Below the pieces are notes generated by a model that did not search any database, was not told where the DNA came from, and saw only the letters and a list, made by a program, of their open reading frames with translations. A program made the position numbers and the translations under genes. DNA of 64,000 nucleotides from contig JBJOPW010000001.1 of assembly GCA_046050355.1 (NCBI GenBank), positions 3,858 through 67,857 on the forward strand. The letters run 5' to 3'. Below, in pieces: positions 28,063 to 38,265 of this stretch. Every line of letters starts with the position of its first letter. Positions within the stretch are counted from its first letter, which is position 1. The DNA is from Candidatus Parcubacteria bacterium (GTDB lineage: Bacteria; Patescibacteriota; Minisyncoccia; Phycocordibacterales; UBA918).

Positions 28063-30912
28063 CTAGACCACGATAATGTTGAGTATTTTGCCAGGGATGT
28101 AGATAACTTTGCTAATAGTTCCCCCACTCACGTACTTGCTAATGTTGTGGTCTCCACGGGCGAGTTCTAGTGCCAGACTTTCCGCTGCGTCTTTGGAAAC
28201 AGTGATGTTACCGCGGAGCTTACCATTGACTTGTACCCCAATCACCACCTCAGTATCTTCGGCGAGACTGTCGTCCCCTACCGGATAGGTTTCCAGGTGG
28301 ATACTCGTACTGTGGCCGAGTTCCTGCCAGATCTCTTCGGTGAGGTGTGGAGCAAATGGTGCCAAAAGTCGCACGAATAGTTCGTATGATTCTTTTGTTA
28401 ATCCAACTTTTTCGGCGACGTTCACAAAAATCATCATGGCACTGATAGCGGTGTTAAACTTAAAATCAGCGATATCATTCCCTACTTTGATAATGGTCTT
28501 GTGTAACTGGCGGGTCACTTCAGCACTTTCCTCCCCACGTACATGTTCTGATAGTCCGTACACCCGTTCGAGGAAGCGGCGGATACCGGCGATACCACCC
28601 ATATCCCACGGATAATTGCTCCCTTCATACGGTCCCATGAAGGCAAGATACATTTTGACGGTATCTGCCCCCACCAATTTCACTTGTTCGTCGGGGTCAA
28701 TCACGTTCCCTTTACTCTTACTCATCTTGTTGCCGTCAGGGCCAAGGATAAGACCGCGGTTGATACGACGGCGGTATGGCTCACTTTCGGTCACAAGCCC
28801 AAGGTCAAAGAGCGCCTTCTGCCAGAAGCGTGAATAGAGGAGGTGCATGGTGGTGTGTTCAGCCCCACCAAAGTAGATATCAATGGGCATCCAGTCTTTT
28901 TGCTTTTCAAGGCTCGCGAGAGCATTACCGTTTTGGTTGTCGAGATAGCGGAGGAAGTACCAGGAAGAGTCCACGAAGGTGTCCATGGTCTCAACTTCAG
29001 GTGTCCAGCCTTTGCCAAATATTTCTTCGGTTCGTTTTTTCAGCACCTCACTTTTCGCGAGCGGTGGCTCACCGGTTGGCGTGAAGTCGACATCCTCGGG
29101 GAGCGTCCAGGGGAGATGTTCTTCGGGAACGATATGGGCCTCGCCCTCTGGACTGTAGACAATCGGGATTGGGACACCCCAGTAGCGCTGCCGGCCGATA
29201 GACCAGTCGCGGAGACGATAGGTCGAGGTCATGCGACCACGGACTTTTTCAACGATTTTTTCCTTGGCCTCCTCGCTGTCCATGCCGTCAAATTCAGCCG
29301 AATTACAGAGATTACCTTTGCCGGTAAACGGTATATTTGTATCAAGTTGTGCCAAGGCGTATTTTGCTTCATCAAGAGTGAGTTTTTCAAAGAGTTCTGA
29401 TTTAGTTAGCCAAACTGGTTCTTGTTTTTCCATTTCTTCGACTGGAATTTCATGCTGAATGTCAGACGTAAGTTCAAGTAATACCCGTCGGCTCGTAAGC
29501 GACCGATTAACTTTTTTACCAGGATGATAAAAATGTGCCTCAGTTTCTTCTGTTAAGAAACGGACGAATTTTGTTTCGTAGCCCATTTCTTCGCGAGTCT
29601 CACGAATAGCCGCTTCTTCATAGGACTCACCGTCTTCCATTCCGCCAAAAACAAAATCAAAGTTATTGAACTCGTGACTATGCTGCACCAAATATTTGTC
29701 AGTCTTGGGATCGTAGACTATGGCCCCAACTGCGGTGCGAGGTACAGGGTTTGGTAATGGCTCACCAAAAACCTTTCGAACTACCTGCCGTACTGGCAAA
29801 CCAAATTTCTTCGCAAACTCACCATCGCGTTCATCATGGGCTGGTACGGCCATAATGGCGCCGGTACCATAGCCGCCAAGGACGTAGTCCGCGACAAAGA
29901 CCGGAATCACTTCCCCACTAGCTGGATTCGTAGCTGTTACTCCTTCGAGCTTGACCCCAGTCTTTTCTTTGGTGGCATCGAGACGGTCTTGTTCATCCTT
30001 TTGCTTGGCCTTGGCTACATAGGCATCGACTTCAGCCAAGTTCGAGGTCTTGCCTCGAACTTCCTCCGTACTGAGAAGTGGGTGTTCAGGAGCGAGTACA
30101 AGATACGTGGCGCCATAGAGTGTGTCTGGACGCGTCGTAAACACTGTCACCTCACCTAGGACATCCGATGTCCTAGGTGAGGTGTTTTCTGAGTTTGCGT
30201 GAAGGGTGAAGTTGATTTCGGCACCGCGGGAGCGGCCAATCCACTGGCGCTGAGCTTCTTTGATATGTTCGGGCCAATCAAGAGCAGCGAGGTCGTCAGT
30301 GAGTCGGTCAGCGTACTTGGTGATTCTGAGCATCCACTGTGGCATCTCGCGCTTCTCAATCATGTCACCCGAACGCTCACAGGTACCATCGGCGAGCACC
30401 TGTTCGTTGGCTATCACCGTATTACACCCCGGACACCAGTTCACCACTCCTTTGCCGCGGTAGGCAATGCCGTTATTAAAAAATTGGGTGAACATCCACT
30501 GCGTCCATTTGTAGTAGCTCTCGTCCGTACTTGAGGCGGTCTTGTCCCAGGCGAACATGTTGCCCATACTGGCGAGCTGTTCACGCATGTACGCCATGTT
30601 GTCGTAGGTCCAGGTCTTAGGGTTGAGGCCGCGCTTGATAGCGGCGTTCTCAGCTGGTAGACCAAAAGCGTCAAAACCCATTGGGAAGAGTACTTGTTTG
30701 CCTTGCATACAGCAAAAGCGAGCGTAGATATCGGGTACGGCAAAGGCGTACCAGTGACCGATATGGAGGTTCCCAGACGGGTATGGCCACTCGACGAGAA
30801 TGTATTCTTTGTCCTTGGCAGTGTCGCGCGCACCGACGTCGTAGAGTTTATCGGCTTGCCACTGGTGTTGCCACTTTTTTTCGATGACACCACTATCAAA
30901 TTTTTTGTGCAT
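28063..30912 (-). CDS. leuS: leucine--tRNA ligase with an inserted NUDIX hydrolase domain
   Basis: HIGH-type motif HIGHWYAF; KMSKS; editing-domain AVPAHDERDGEFA. A roughly 130-aa insertion after GLPVRQVV carries a perfect Nudix box GGMEDGESYEEAAIRETREEMGY. At 949 aa it is about 100 aa longer than typical LeuRS. Confidence 0.9.
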   Translation of the reverse strand: MHKKFDSGVIEKKWQHQWQADKLYDVGARDTAKDKEYILVEWPYPSGNLHIGHWYAFAVPDIYARFCCMQGKQVLFPMGFDAFGLPAENAAIKRGLNPKTWTYDNMAYMREQLASMGNMFAWDKTASSTDESYYKWTQWMFTQFFNNGIAYRGKGVVNWCPGCNTVIANEQVLADGTCERSGDMIEKREMPQWMLRITKYADRLTDDLAALDWPEHIKEAQRQWIGRSRGAEINFTLHANSENTSPRTSDVLGEVTVFTTRPDTLYGATYLVLAPEHPLLSTEEVRGKTSNLAEVDAYVAKAKQKDEQDRLDATKEKTGVKLEGVTATNPASGEVIPVFVADYVLGGYGTGAIMAVPAHDERDGEFAKKFGLPVRQVVRKVFGEPLPNPVPRTAVGAIVYDPKTDKYLVQHSHEFNNFDFVFGGMEDGESYEEAAIRETREEMGYETKFVRFLTEETEAHFYHPGKKVNRSLTSRRVLLELTSDIQHEIPVEEMEKQEPVWLTKSELFEKLTLDEAKYALAQLDTNIPFTGKGNLCNSAEFDGMDSEEAKEKIVEKVRGRMTSTYRLRDWSIGRQRYWGVPIPIVYSPEGEAHIVPEEHLPWTLPEDVDFTPTGEPPLAKSEVLKKRTEEIFGKGWTPEVETMDTFVDSSWYFLRYLDNQNGNALASLEKQKDWMPIDIYFGGAEHTTMHLLYSRFWQKALFDLGLVTESEPYRRRINRGLILGPDGNKMSKSKGNVIDPDEQVKLVGADTVKMYLAFMGPYEGSNYPWDMGGIAGIRRFLERVYGLSEHVRGEESAEVTRQLHKTIIKVGNDIADFKFNTAISAMMIFVNVAEKVGLTKESYELFVRLLAPFAPHLTEEIWQELGHSTSIHLETYPVGDDSLAEDTEVVIGVQVNGKLRGNITVSKDAAESLALELARGDHNISKYVSGGTISKVIYIPGKILNIIVV
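29355..29760 (-). other. NUDIX hydrolase domain embedded in LeuS (approximate DNA span)
   Basis: Gx5Ex7REUxEExGU is fully satisfied; the segment is flanked by LeuRS-alignable sequence on both sides. Confidence 0.7.
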
Positions 30913-30981
30913 AGAATACTTCCCAAATTACGATTAACGTATTTGTTAGTATGCCATGAATTACGGAAATGTAAAAAAGCA

Positions 30982-31005
30982 AGGCTGGCGCCTAAGCGCC
31001 AGCCT
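30982..31005 (-). terminator. rho-independent terminator
   Basis: AGGCTGGCGC-CTAA-GCGCCAGCCT followed on the minus strand by TGCTTTTTTACATTT. Confidence 0.7.
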
Positions 31006-31019
31006 CGATCGTTAGGGTG

Positions 31020-31187
31020 TCAGTCAAACACCTACCGCTTTTCACCAATAGGCGTCCCGACGAGACCGATCGCACAAATCAGCTGCACAAACAACAGGAC
31101 GACACTGCCGGTACCGCAGTAGGATATCCCTGTATAAAGCCAGAATCCGCCTACCGGCAAGAAATGGCAAGTGATACATTTTCTCAT
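31020..31187 (-). CDS. hypothetical small membrane peptide (55 aa)
   Basis: Not in the track. Reverse-strand ATG at 31187 with GGGG six to nine nt upstream; MRKCITCHFLPVGGFWLYTGISYCGTGSVVLLFVQLICAIGLVGTPIGEKR. The stop is 10 nt before the strong terminator at 30982-31005. Confidence 0.3.
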
Positions 31188-31245
31188 AGCATTACCCCAC
31201 TCATTTACCTACTACTAGCAATGATATATGAAGTATCAAATTTGT

Positions 31246-31623
31246 CTATTCTGCGGTATGGACGAGCAATCTAATTTGTTTTATAAGGTCATCGAGACTG
31301 TGGTGGGCTTTGATGAAGTAATCAAGCGGCTTTGCTTCGTGCGCTAGACCGATGTTTTTTACATCGTCCATGGCGGTGAGAATAACTACCTTGGCATGTT
31401 GCCCCCATACATCTTCTCGTAGTCGACGGAACATCTCCTGGCCATCCATGATTGGCATCATCAGATCAAGCAAAATGAGATCAGGGTGCAGTTGTAGGGC
31501 CAGCTCAAGACCAACTTGGCCATTTTCAGCCCCGCTCACTTTGTACCCTTCTTCATGGAGGGCTTCCATCATTGCCTCGCGAAGGTCAATTTCATCTTCG
31601 ACGATGAGAATATGCTTTTCCAT
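31246..31623 (-). CDS. response regulator, receiver domain only (CheY-like)
   Basis: HILIVEDE...LILLDLMMPIMDG...K: the acid pocket and the conserved Asp and Lys. The start was moved to MEKH. Confidence 0.8.
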   Translation of the reverse strand: MEKHILIVEDEIDLREAMMEALHEEGYKVSGAENGQVGLELALQLHPDLILLDLMMPIMDGQEMFRRLREDVWGQHAKVVILTAMDDVKNIGLAHEAKPLDYFIKAHHSLDDLIKQIRLLVHTAE

Positions 31624-31686
31624 GTCCACGATTGTACCATACACACCTATAGCCTGTCTCGAGTCACATTGGTATGATGGTGCTAT

Positions 31687-32955
31687 ATGCAAATCAAGGT
31701 CGGCTTTAGCACTTGGCGAGCCGTTCGAATGTTCCTCATAGTAGTAGCTTTGACGATTGTCTTTGGGGGGATTTATTTTGTCGTGTCTCTCCTCCTTCCA
31801 TCATTAGTGGTACCGACAATTCTCATAAGCTTTGTTTTGTTGCTTGCCTTTGGCGTAGTGACCGTCGGTTCTCCTGATGATGCATTGAAAGCCTGGCACG
31901 AGGAACAACTGTTATCGACACGTGAATTGTACGCTACCTTGTATACCCAAAGTCCAGTACCCTATCTCACCCTTGATACTCTCGGCAAAATCACTACCTG
32001 TAATCAGGCGGCGGCTCGTCTCTTAGGACGTTCCATGGAGGAGTTGGTGGGAACTACTATTCATGATCGTTTTACCCACGAAGACGAGGTACATCTCTCG
32101 GTGATTTTGGGCAAATTTGTGGCCGGTTCGCCGATTGTTGATAGTGAACTACAACTTAAGACCTATACCGAAGAATTACGGTGGGTTTCTTTGTACTTCT
32201 TTGTTAATGCTACTTTTGAGCAACGCCTCATTTCACTCATTGATGTCACTCAACATAAGATTGTTGACAAAGCTAAAAGTGAGTTCGTAGCGCTGGCGAC
32301 CCACCAGCTCCGCACTCCTGTTGCGGCCATTCGTTGGAATGTAGAACTATTGGAGCGCTCTATGCGCGCGACCGCCAGTGAAAAACAAGCAACCTATCTC
32401 ATGAAAGTTGGCCGAAATGTTACCCGTATGCTTGCACTTATCAATGACTTTTTGAGTGTTTCCAAACTTGAAACTGGTACTTTTGCGACGTCACCTGAGC
32501 CAATTGAGCTTTCGACGTACCTCCCAACTATTGTGGAGGAATTTGAAGGGCAAATCAAAGAAAAACAAATACAGCTCACGACCGAATACAACCCTGCACC
32601 CTTCACCTATACCGCTGATAGCCGCTTGTTCCATATCATTACGAGTAATCTCCTCTCAAACGCGGTGAAATATGTGCGACCAAATGACAAAATCTCATTT
32701 GGCTACGTGGTCACTGGTAATGAGTTAGTGTTCACTGTCGCAGACAGTGGGATTGGTATCCCCGCCGAGCAGCTCCCGCGGCTCTTTAGCAAGTTCTTCC
32801 GTGCCTCTAACGCCATGCAGCACCGTGCCGAAGGCACCGGCCTTGGTCTCTATATTGTGAAGGAATCAGCCGTCCAGCTTGGCGGCACGGTCGAAGTGCA
32901 GTCAGTTGAGAATCAGGGTACAACGTTTACCGTGCGGTTGCCAATAGCGCAATAG
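31687..32955 (+). CDS. sensor histidine kinase (2 TM, PAS-like, HisKA and HATPase_c)
   Basis: H-box ATHQLRTPVAAIRWNVELL; N box LLSNAVKY; G boxes DSGIGIP and GTGLGL. Confidence 0.85.
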   Translation: MQIKVGFSTWRAVRMFLIVVALTIVFGGIYFVVSLLLPSLVVPTILISFVLLLAFGVVTVGSPDDALKAWHEEQLLSTRELYATLYTQSPVPYLTLDTLGKITTCNQAAARLLGRSMEELVGTTIHDRFTHEDEVHLSVILGKFVAGSPIVDSELQLKTYTEELRWVSLYFFVNATFEQRLISLIDVTQHKIVDKAKSEFVALATHQLRTPVAAIRWNVELLERSMRATASEKQATYLMKVGRNVTRMLALINDFLSVSKLETGTFATSPEPIELSTYLPTIVEEFEGQIKEKQIQLTTEYNPAPFTYTADSRLFHIITSNLLSNAVKYVRPNDKISFGYVVTGNELVFTVADSGIGIPAEQLPRLFSKFFRASNAMQHRAEGTGLGLYIVKESAVQLGGTVEVQSVENQGTTFTVRLPIAQ

Positions 32956-32956
32956 A

Positions 32957-32995
32957 CAAAGGCCGGTCCTTCGTTTGACGAAGGACCGGCCTTTG
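32957..32995. repeat. copy 1 of a 17-bp-stem palindromic repeat family: CAAAGGCCGGTCCTTCG-TTTGA-CGAAGGACCGGCCTTTG
   Basis: Begins 2 nt after the HK stop. Near-identical copies at 35354 and 59755. Confidence 0.85.
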
Positions 32996-33017
32996 TTCGA
33001 CTATTGCTTTTGGTGTA

Positions 33018-33920
33018 TTAACTTTTGGTCACACGATCAAAACAATATCGTCCTGCTTTGTAGTTCCAACTATCTGGGTTTTTGATACGGGCCGCTGGGT
33101 CGGTGAAGCTGGGTGAAGCAAAGTCGCTTGGTACACTATCACGAGAGAACGTAGCACAAAGCTTGAAGCCTTTGTCTGTTCGTTCGTAACTGTAGGCTTC
33201 GCGGCTTTCTGGCGCCGAAGGGGATATACTTCCATTATAAGCAAATGCTTGTTCGATACTCTCAGGTAAGGTTGAGCTACTCATGGTCATGTAGGCGTCT
33301 ATCTGCCACTGGATGTTCTGGAGGTCACTTACTTGTTTCTCATCAAGTTTCATTTCTCGCACAACACTTGGTGTCTCGATGTTGGCGAGTCCATACGCAA
33401 CCGCAAGGAAGACCATGAGGGCTGCGCCCACACCAAACATAATCGACTTACCTTCCTCTTTAATCCAAACGCCACGCGCATCAAGAAGGTAGTAATGGAA
33501 GGCTGCCCCCACTACTCCAACAACCGCGGCGGCCTTGAGGAGGAAACGGGTAGTCATTTCACCATTAAGAAATGTATAGATGGTGGTCACGAGGGTGCCC
33601 AGGAGTACAAGTCCGCCGATCAAGAGTGAGAGGTAAATAAGCCACTTAGTGATAGTTTGATAGAGCGCTCCCTGCTCGGCGCGGCGAAAGCGGTTCATGT
33701 AGCGTGTAAGCACAATATAGGTCGGGAAAAAGACAATGAGCATCGCCACCCCAAGACGAATGTTATCGGTTGCACTTTCAATTTGCCAGTATGATTCGCT
33801 TGGATCGGGATAATTGATATTAATCAAACCAAAAATAAGCGTCAGGAAAAATGAAGCTGATACATAAAGCGCTATTAATGACCCAACTTGCAAAACAATG
33901 TTGCGTGGTGTGTTTTCCAT
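33018..33920 (-). CDS. hypothetical polytopic membrane protein with a C-terminal extracytoplasmic domain
   Basis: 300 aa with about 6 predicted TM segments by hydrophobicity. Confidence 0.55.
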   Translation of the reverse strand: MENTPRNIVLQVGSLIALYVSASFFLTLIFGLININYPDPSESYWQIESATDNIRLGVAMLIVFFPTYIVLTRYMNRFRRAEQGALYQTITKWLIYLSLLIGGLVLLGTLVTTIYTFLNGEMTTRFLLKAAAVVGVVGAAFHYYLLDARGVWIKEEGKSIMFGVGAALMVFLAVAYGLANIETPSVVREMKLDEKQVSDLQNIQWQIDAYMTMSSSTLPESIEQAFAYNGSISPSAPESREAYSYERTDKGFKLCATFSRDSVPSDFASPSFTDPAARIKNPDSWNYKAGRYCFDRVTKS

Positions 33921-33959
33921 ATATATTTAGTATACTCCTAATATTGTAGAAAAGTAGGT

Positions 33960-34223
33960 CTAGTGTAAACTCTCGCCGTTTAAAAGGCGGCTGATCTCTG
34001 CTTCTATACGTTTGCGATTTTTGGAGTTGGTGTTGAAGGAATATGAAGTCGTTCTACCAGAAACAGTACATAACTGTACAGTAAATGTATCTGCCTTGTA
34101 GTCTTCTGTTACAACATACTTACAGAGGAGGCGATTATTTTCATCCCGACATGACAATACAGCATCCAAAATCACTTCAGCACTATCGGGTTTCTCAAAA
34201 TTCATAATGACAGAACTACCCAA
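33960..34223 (-). CDS. hypothetical small protein
   Basis: 87-aa ORF tightly spaced between its neighbours; no motifs. Confidence 0.35.
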   Translation of the reverse strand: MGSSVIMNFEKPDSAEVILDAVLSCRDENNRLLCKYVVTEDYKADTFTVQLCTVSGRTTSYSFNTNSKNRKRIEAEISRLLNGESLH

Positions 34224-34228
34224 ACAAA

Positions 34229-34822
34229 TTATCGATTTTTATTCGTCCAAAGATCCTTCCACCACTCTGACGGATCCCGTTCATAGAGGGTCTTGCCGAG
34301 CGTCTTGGCGACGTCTGTCTTGAGGCGGTCTAGTGGTCGTGAGTCGACATCGTTCCGTTTGCCAGCGAGCCAGATTTGGGCTTCTTTACTTCCCTGCCAT
34401 TCGTACTCCCGCAAGAGGAGGATTTGATCGATAATATCAGCGTCTTTGGCACAGAGCGATTCGAGTGACTCACGCTCCTCATACTCCTGATTGAGGGTGA
34501 GAAGGTCATCAAATGGCAAGGTACCGAGCTGGTCTGAGGCGATTTCAGTATCATAAACCTTTACGTAGCGTTTGTGTACCCAGTTGTGGTCATTACTGCG
34601 GATTTCGCCAAGGTCGTGGATAAGACACATCATGACGGTCTTGTACGGGTCAGCACCGGCGAGTTTCGCCAAGTGCCAACCGATAAGAGCAACCCGGTAG
34701 GAGTGTGACGCGATGGTATCGGACGAATCCTCAACGAGGAGCGTCTGTCGGTGCATACGCTGTAGGCGACGCATGGTACCGACCTCGAATAAAAAGTCCG
34801 CCAACCGCTTACTGGTGTCCAT
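34229..34822 (-). CDS. HD-domain metal-dependent phosphohydrolase (YfbR/5-prime-deoxynucleotidase-like)
   Basis: ASHSYRVALIGWHLA...LIHDLGEIRSNDHNW carries H...HD...D. Confidence 0.75.
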   Translation of the reverse strand: MDTSKRLADFLFEVGTMRRLQRMHRQTLLVEDSSDTIASHSYRVALIGWHLAKLAGADPYKTVMMCLIHDLGEIRSNDHNWVHKRYVKVYDTEIASDQLGTLPFDDLLTLNQEYEERESLESLCAKDADIIDQILLLREYEWQGSKEAQIWLAGKRNDVDSRPLDRLKTDVAKTLGKTLYERDPSEWWKDLWTNKNR

Positions 34823-35074
34823 GCACCCATTATACGCCTGTTTCAGAATGTGAACAATAAAGAAAAAGGCGCAAAGATGCGCCCGAGTGCCATATTGGCA
34901 CCAAGTATCGACAGTGCGGGCAGCGGACTACCCAGTCGAAACTTGACGTGAAGAACAGTTGGTTGCAGTGATGACAAAATACGAACATCGATTGTCTCCT
35001 GGTTGCTCTTATCTATGACGGTAGAAAGTGCCAAAAGGTTACAGAAACTACGAAGCAAGGTATACTCAGTACAT

Positions 35075-35344
35075 ATGAAACCAGATGATTTGAAACAAGC
35101 ACCAAAACTATTTTGCGAAAGTATTAATATCGGCTTTACGCCAGAATTCTTTGTGATGGGGCTATCCTCAGGCAATCAGGCAGCTATTTATTCACTCACG
35201 CCCCAACACGCGAAGCGTCTCCAGCAGTACCTCTCCCACCAGCTCGCCGACTACGAAAAAGCTCATGGCGCAATCAAAGCGGAATGGTCACCGACGGTTG
35301 TCAGTCCCGTCCAGCGTGCCAATCCGCCCTCGGATTTGAGTTAA
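35075..35344 (+). CDS. DUF3467-like small protein
   Basis: KLFCESINIGFTPEFFVMGLSSGNQAAIYSLTPQHAKRLQQYLSHQLADYEKAHGAIK matches the DUF3467 pattern as I recall it. Start chosen at the Met at 35075; the track ORF begins at 35003. Confidence 0.55.
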   Translation: MKPDDLKQAPKLFCESINIGFTPEFFVMGLSSGNQAAIYSLTPQHAKRLQQYLSHQLADYEKAHGAIKAEWSPTVVSPVQRANPPSDLS

Positions 35345-35353
35345 TTGAGCTAA

Positions 35354-35393
35354 CAAAGGGCCGCCCTTCGTGAAAACGAAGGGCGGCCCTTTG
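35354..35393. repeat. copy 2 of the palindromic repeat family: CAAAGGGCCGCCCTTCG-TGAAAA-CGAAGGGCGGCCCTTTG
   Basis: Read directly; 10 nt after the DUF3467 gene stop. Confidence 0.85.
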
Positions 35394-35491
35394 TGTGGGT
35401 GTTTCTCCTTGCTATTTGGCGAGGGATTTTCTATAGTTAGCTCCAATGCAAACCTCAGGGACGTGCAGACGTTCCTACAACATCAGGGAGA

Positions 35492-36079
35492 GTGACAATG
35501 CATTACGTGCTGCCCGAAAAGGATAACGATAACAAATACCTCACCGAGATGCGTGATCCCACGCTTACACGCTCTCTCTTCCGGGAGCACATGCATCACT
35601 TCGGCGGTCGGTTGTACACGCATGCACTGGATAAGTTTCAGCTGGTGCCGGACAATCTATATGCTGTGGCAGTGATGCGTGCCGGGTGGGGTCTTTGCAA
35701 CGGCGCCATGCTGAGTAACTACCAAGGCGACATCGGGATCATCGATGCGAAGCGTAATGAGCAAACGCTCAAATCGAAGATCAACGTCTACAAGTGCAAC
35801 CGTGATTTGGAGCACTATGTGACCTTGGTCTTTGAGACCATGCTCGCAACCGGTGGGTCCCTTTCAAATTCCATTCGGCTGTTGAAGGAGCGGTCGCGGG
35901 CGCGAGACATCATCGCACTCACGCTTCTGTCTGCGCCACAGGGTCTCACACGGATGCAAGAAGACCATCCCGATGTGGACATCCTCACGGTTCGGATTGA
36001 TGAAGGGCTCAACGGGCACGGATTCATCGTTCCTGGCCTCGGCGACGCGGGCGATCGCTACTTTGGACCGATCGAATGA
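35492..36079 (+). CDS. upp: uracil phosphoribosyltransferase
   Basis: PRPP-binding DIIALTLLSAPQGL... and the C-terminal IVPGLGDAGDRYFG signature. Visibly more GC-rich than its neighbours. Confidence 0.85.
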   Translation: MTMHYVLPEKDNDNKYLTEMRDPTLTRSLFREHMHHFGGRLYTHALDKFQLVPDNLYAVAVMRAGWGLCNGAMLSNYQGDIGIIDAKRNEQTLKSKINVYKCNRDLEHYVTLVFETMLATGGSLSNSIRLLKERSRARDIIALTLLSAPQGLTRMQEDHPDVDILTVRIDEGLNGHGFIVPGLGDAGDRYFGPIE

Positions 36080-36088
36080 CAATGAAAA

Positions 36089-36114
36089 CGACCGGCACCC
36101 CTGGGTGCCGGTCG
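36089..36114. terminator. bidirectional terminator between upp and ychF
   Basis: CGACCGGCACCC-CT-GGGTGCCGGTCG with T-rich flanks on both strands. Confidence 0.65.
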
Positions 36115-36129
36115 AATCTATTTCTCTAT

Positions 36130-37230
36130 CTAAATCAAAAACTCAATCACGTCGCCGTCTTTGACGATATACTCCTTCCCTTCCATGCGGAGTTTGCCGG
36201 CTTCACGGGCCTTTGCAATCGATCCACACTCCACGAGGTCAGCGAAGGTCACGACCTGTGCTCGGATATACTTCTTTTCAAAATCAGTATGGATGGCTGC
36301 CGCTGCTTTCGGCCCAGTTGAGCCAATTGGTACCGTCCAGGCGCGCGTCTCCTTTTCACCAGTGGTGAAGTACGACATGAGACCAAGACGGGTGTAACAG
36401 GCACGAATCAGGGTACTAATACCGCTATCCTGCGCACCATATTCCCGTCGAAAATCCATTTTCTCCTCTTCAGCGAGATCGCGCAGTTCGTGTTCCATCC
36501 CGGCGTCGACAACGACATACTCCGCTCCGTTAGCGTCAAAGAAGTCGAGGAGGGCATGCCAGCGTTCGTCACTTTGGTCATCGAGGTTCATACCTCCGTG
36601 CTTTTTGTTACAGATATACAAAAACGGCTTCATCGTGAGGAGGTGGAGATTTTTGGCGGCTTTATGTTCCTCTTCATTCATCTCAAGTTGATTCGCGAGG
36701 AGGCCGTCAGCGAGATGTTGTTTGAGGCGAACGAGGAGGTCACGTTCGATAATGGCATCTTTGTCTCCCCGCTTGGCATCACGTTCAACGTTTCCGAGCC
36801 GCTTCTCGACAGTCTCAGCGTCTGCGAGAATGAGTTCGAGGTTGATTACTTCGATATCACCGCGGGGGTCAATGCGACCAGCCACATGGTGAATGTCTTC
36901 GTCTTCAAAAATGCGGACGACCTGGCCGATCATATCAGTCTCACGGATGTTGGCGAGGAATTTGTTGCCAAGACCTTCTCCACTCGAAGCCCCTTCTACC
37001 AAACCAGCAATATCAACAAACTCCACCACGGCTGGGATGATTTGCTGTGAGTTTGAGATGCTGCTCAAGGTCTCAAGACGACTATCAGGTACGGCGACGA
37101 CACCCACTGCGGGATCTATGGTGGCAAAGGGATAATTAGCAATCAATACTTCATTACGGGTGAGCGCAGTGAAGAGAGTTGATTTTCCTACATTTGGTAA
37201 ACCAACAATTCCGACACTTAGTTTTGACAT
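36130..37230 (-). CDS. ychF: ribosome-binding ATPase YchF
   Basis: [15 protein letters not shown]-loop, a TGS-like C-terminus and DGDVIEF. The start was moved to [10 protein letters not shown]. Confidence 0.9.
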   Translation of the reverse strand: MSKLSVGIVGLPNVGKSTLFTALTRNEVLIANYPFATIDPAVGVVAVPDSRLETLSSISNSQQIIPAVVEFVDIAGLVEGASSGEGLGNKFLANIRETDMIGQVVRIFEDEDIHHVAGRIDPRGDIEVINLELILADAETVEKRLGNVERDAKRGDKDAIIERDLLVRLKQHLADGLLANQLEMNEEEHKAAKNLHLLTMKPFLYICNKKHGGMNLDDQSDERWHALLDFFDANGAEYVVVDAGMEHELRDLAEEEKMDFRREYGAQDSGISTLIRACYTRLGLMSYFTTGEKETRAWTVPIGSTGPKAAAAIHTDFEKKYIRAQVVTFADLVECGSIAKAREAGKLRMEGKEYIVKDGDVIEFLI

Positions 37231-37390
37231 ACGACGGTGAGTGTAGCAGAAAAATATATATAAAGAAACCACCCCATTGCAGAAGTGGTGTGTCGAGGGA
37301 GCTACACCGGTCAGTACCCAGCAGTAGAACAGTGCACGTGAAAATACACGCAGCTCACCTCGACACCATAATTATGACATAGAATACTAA

Positions 37391-38230
37391 TTAAATCAAT
37401 GGTGGAACGTACTCACAAAACTTAATCTCACTCATATCCTTGCCGAGCTTCACCGCGAATACTTCTTTGACTGCATCTCGTCCGCCGAGAATGTCGACGA
37501 GTTTTTTCTCCTGAGCTCTTTTTCCAGTTAATGTAGAGCCATCGGCCAAAGAGGCAATCTCGTCTCGATTAATGTTGCGGTACTTGCTGACCAAATCAAT
37601 AAAGTAGTCATGTATCTCACTGAGTTGAGCCTCAAGGAGCGAACGTTCTTCATCAGTCAGTGGCTTGTTTGGATTACCCATGTCTTTGAACTTTCCAGAA
37701 TGCAGTGGTACGTAGGTGATACCTTCCTCTTCATTTTTTTCTGACTCCTCAGTGTATGACATAGTGACACCTATACTCCCGACATCAGACATCGGTGAGG
37801 CGACGATGGTGTCAGCCGCTGAGGCGATCATATACCCACCCGAAGCCGCCATGTCGCCAATGAGTGCTACATTTGGTAAATCAAGAGCTGCAACCTGACC
37901 AGCGATATCTTCAGAAGCGACGGGAGTGCCACCTGGTGAATTGATTTCAAACAGTACTCCTTCGATCGTCGTCTCGTACTCAAGACTTGCGATGAAGTCT
38001 CGAACATCGGTCGGGGTGGTCACAAAATCCTCGTACATAACACCGTTACCAAACGGCATAATCACACCAGTGATAGGCATGATGGCAATATTACATTCTC
38101 CATCGCTGATACTCGTGAGACTAAAAGTAAAGACTCCAATCATCCCGATGATAATTGCGATAGTAAGGATTACCGCAAAGACTTTGAGTAAGACACTGGC
38201 GAGCTCGCGCCCGAACGACATATGAGACAT
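37391..38230 (-). CDS. sppA: signal peptide peptidase SppA (S49 family, 36K type)
   Basis: N-terminal TM, then a ClpP/crotonase fold with EINSPGGTPVASE and ASGGYMIASAAD. Confidence 0.8.
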   Translation of the reverse strand: MSHMSFGRELASVLLKVFAVILTIAIIIGMIGVFTFSLTSISDGECNIAIMPITGVIMPFGNGVMYEDFVTTPTDVRDFIASLEYETTIEGVLFEINSPGGTPVASEDIAGQVAALDLPNVALIGDMAASGGYMIASAADTIVASPMSDVGSIGVTMSYTEESEKNEEEGITYVPLHSGKFKDMGNPNKPLTDEERSLLEAQLSEIHDYFIDLVSKYRNINRDEIASLADGSTLTGKRAQEKKLVDILGGRDAVKEVFAVKLGKDMSEIKFCEYVPPLI

Positions 38231-38265
38231 ATAGTCCTCAGTATAACAGAAAGACAGCTAGACGC

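Noticed and set aside
31017-31274. + strand ORF of 85 aa in the leuS-RR intergenic region
   Set aside because: It has no SD and overlaps a better-supported minus-strand small ORF (31020..31187) that has an SD and is followed directly by a strong terminator.
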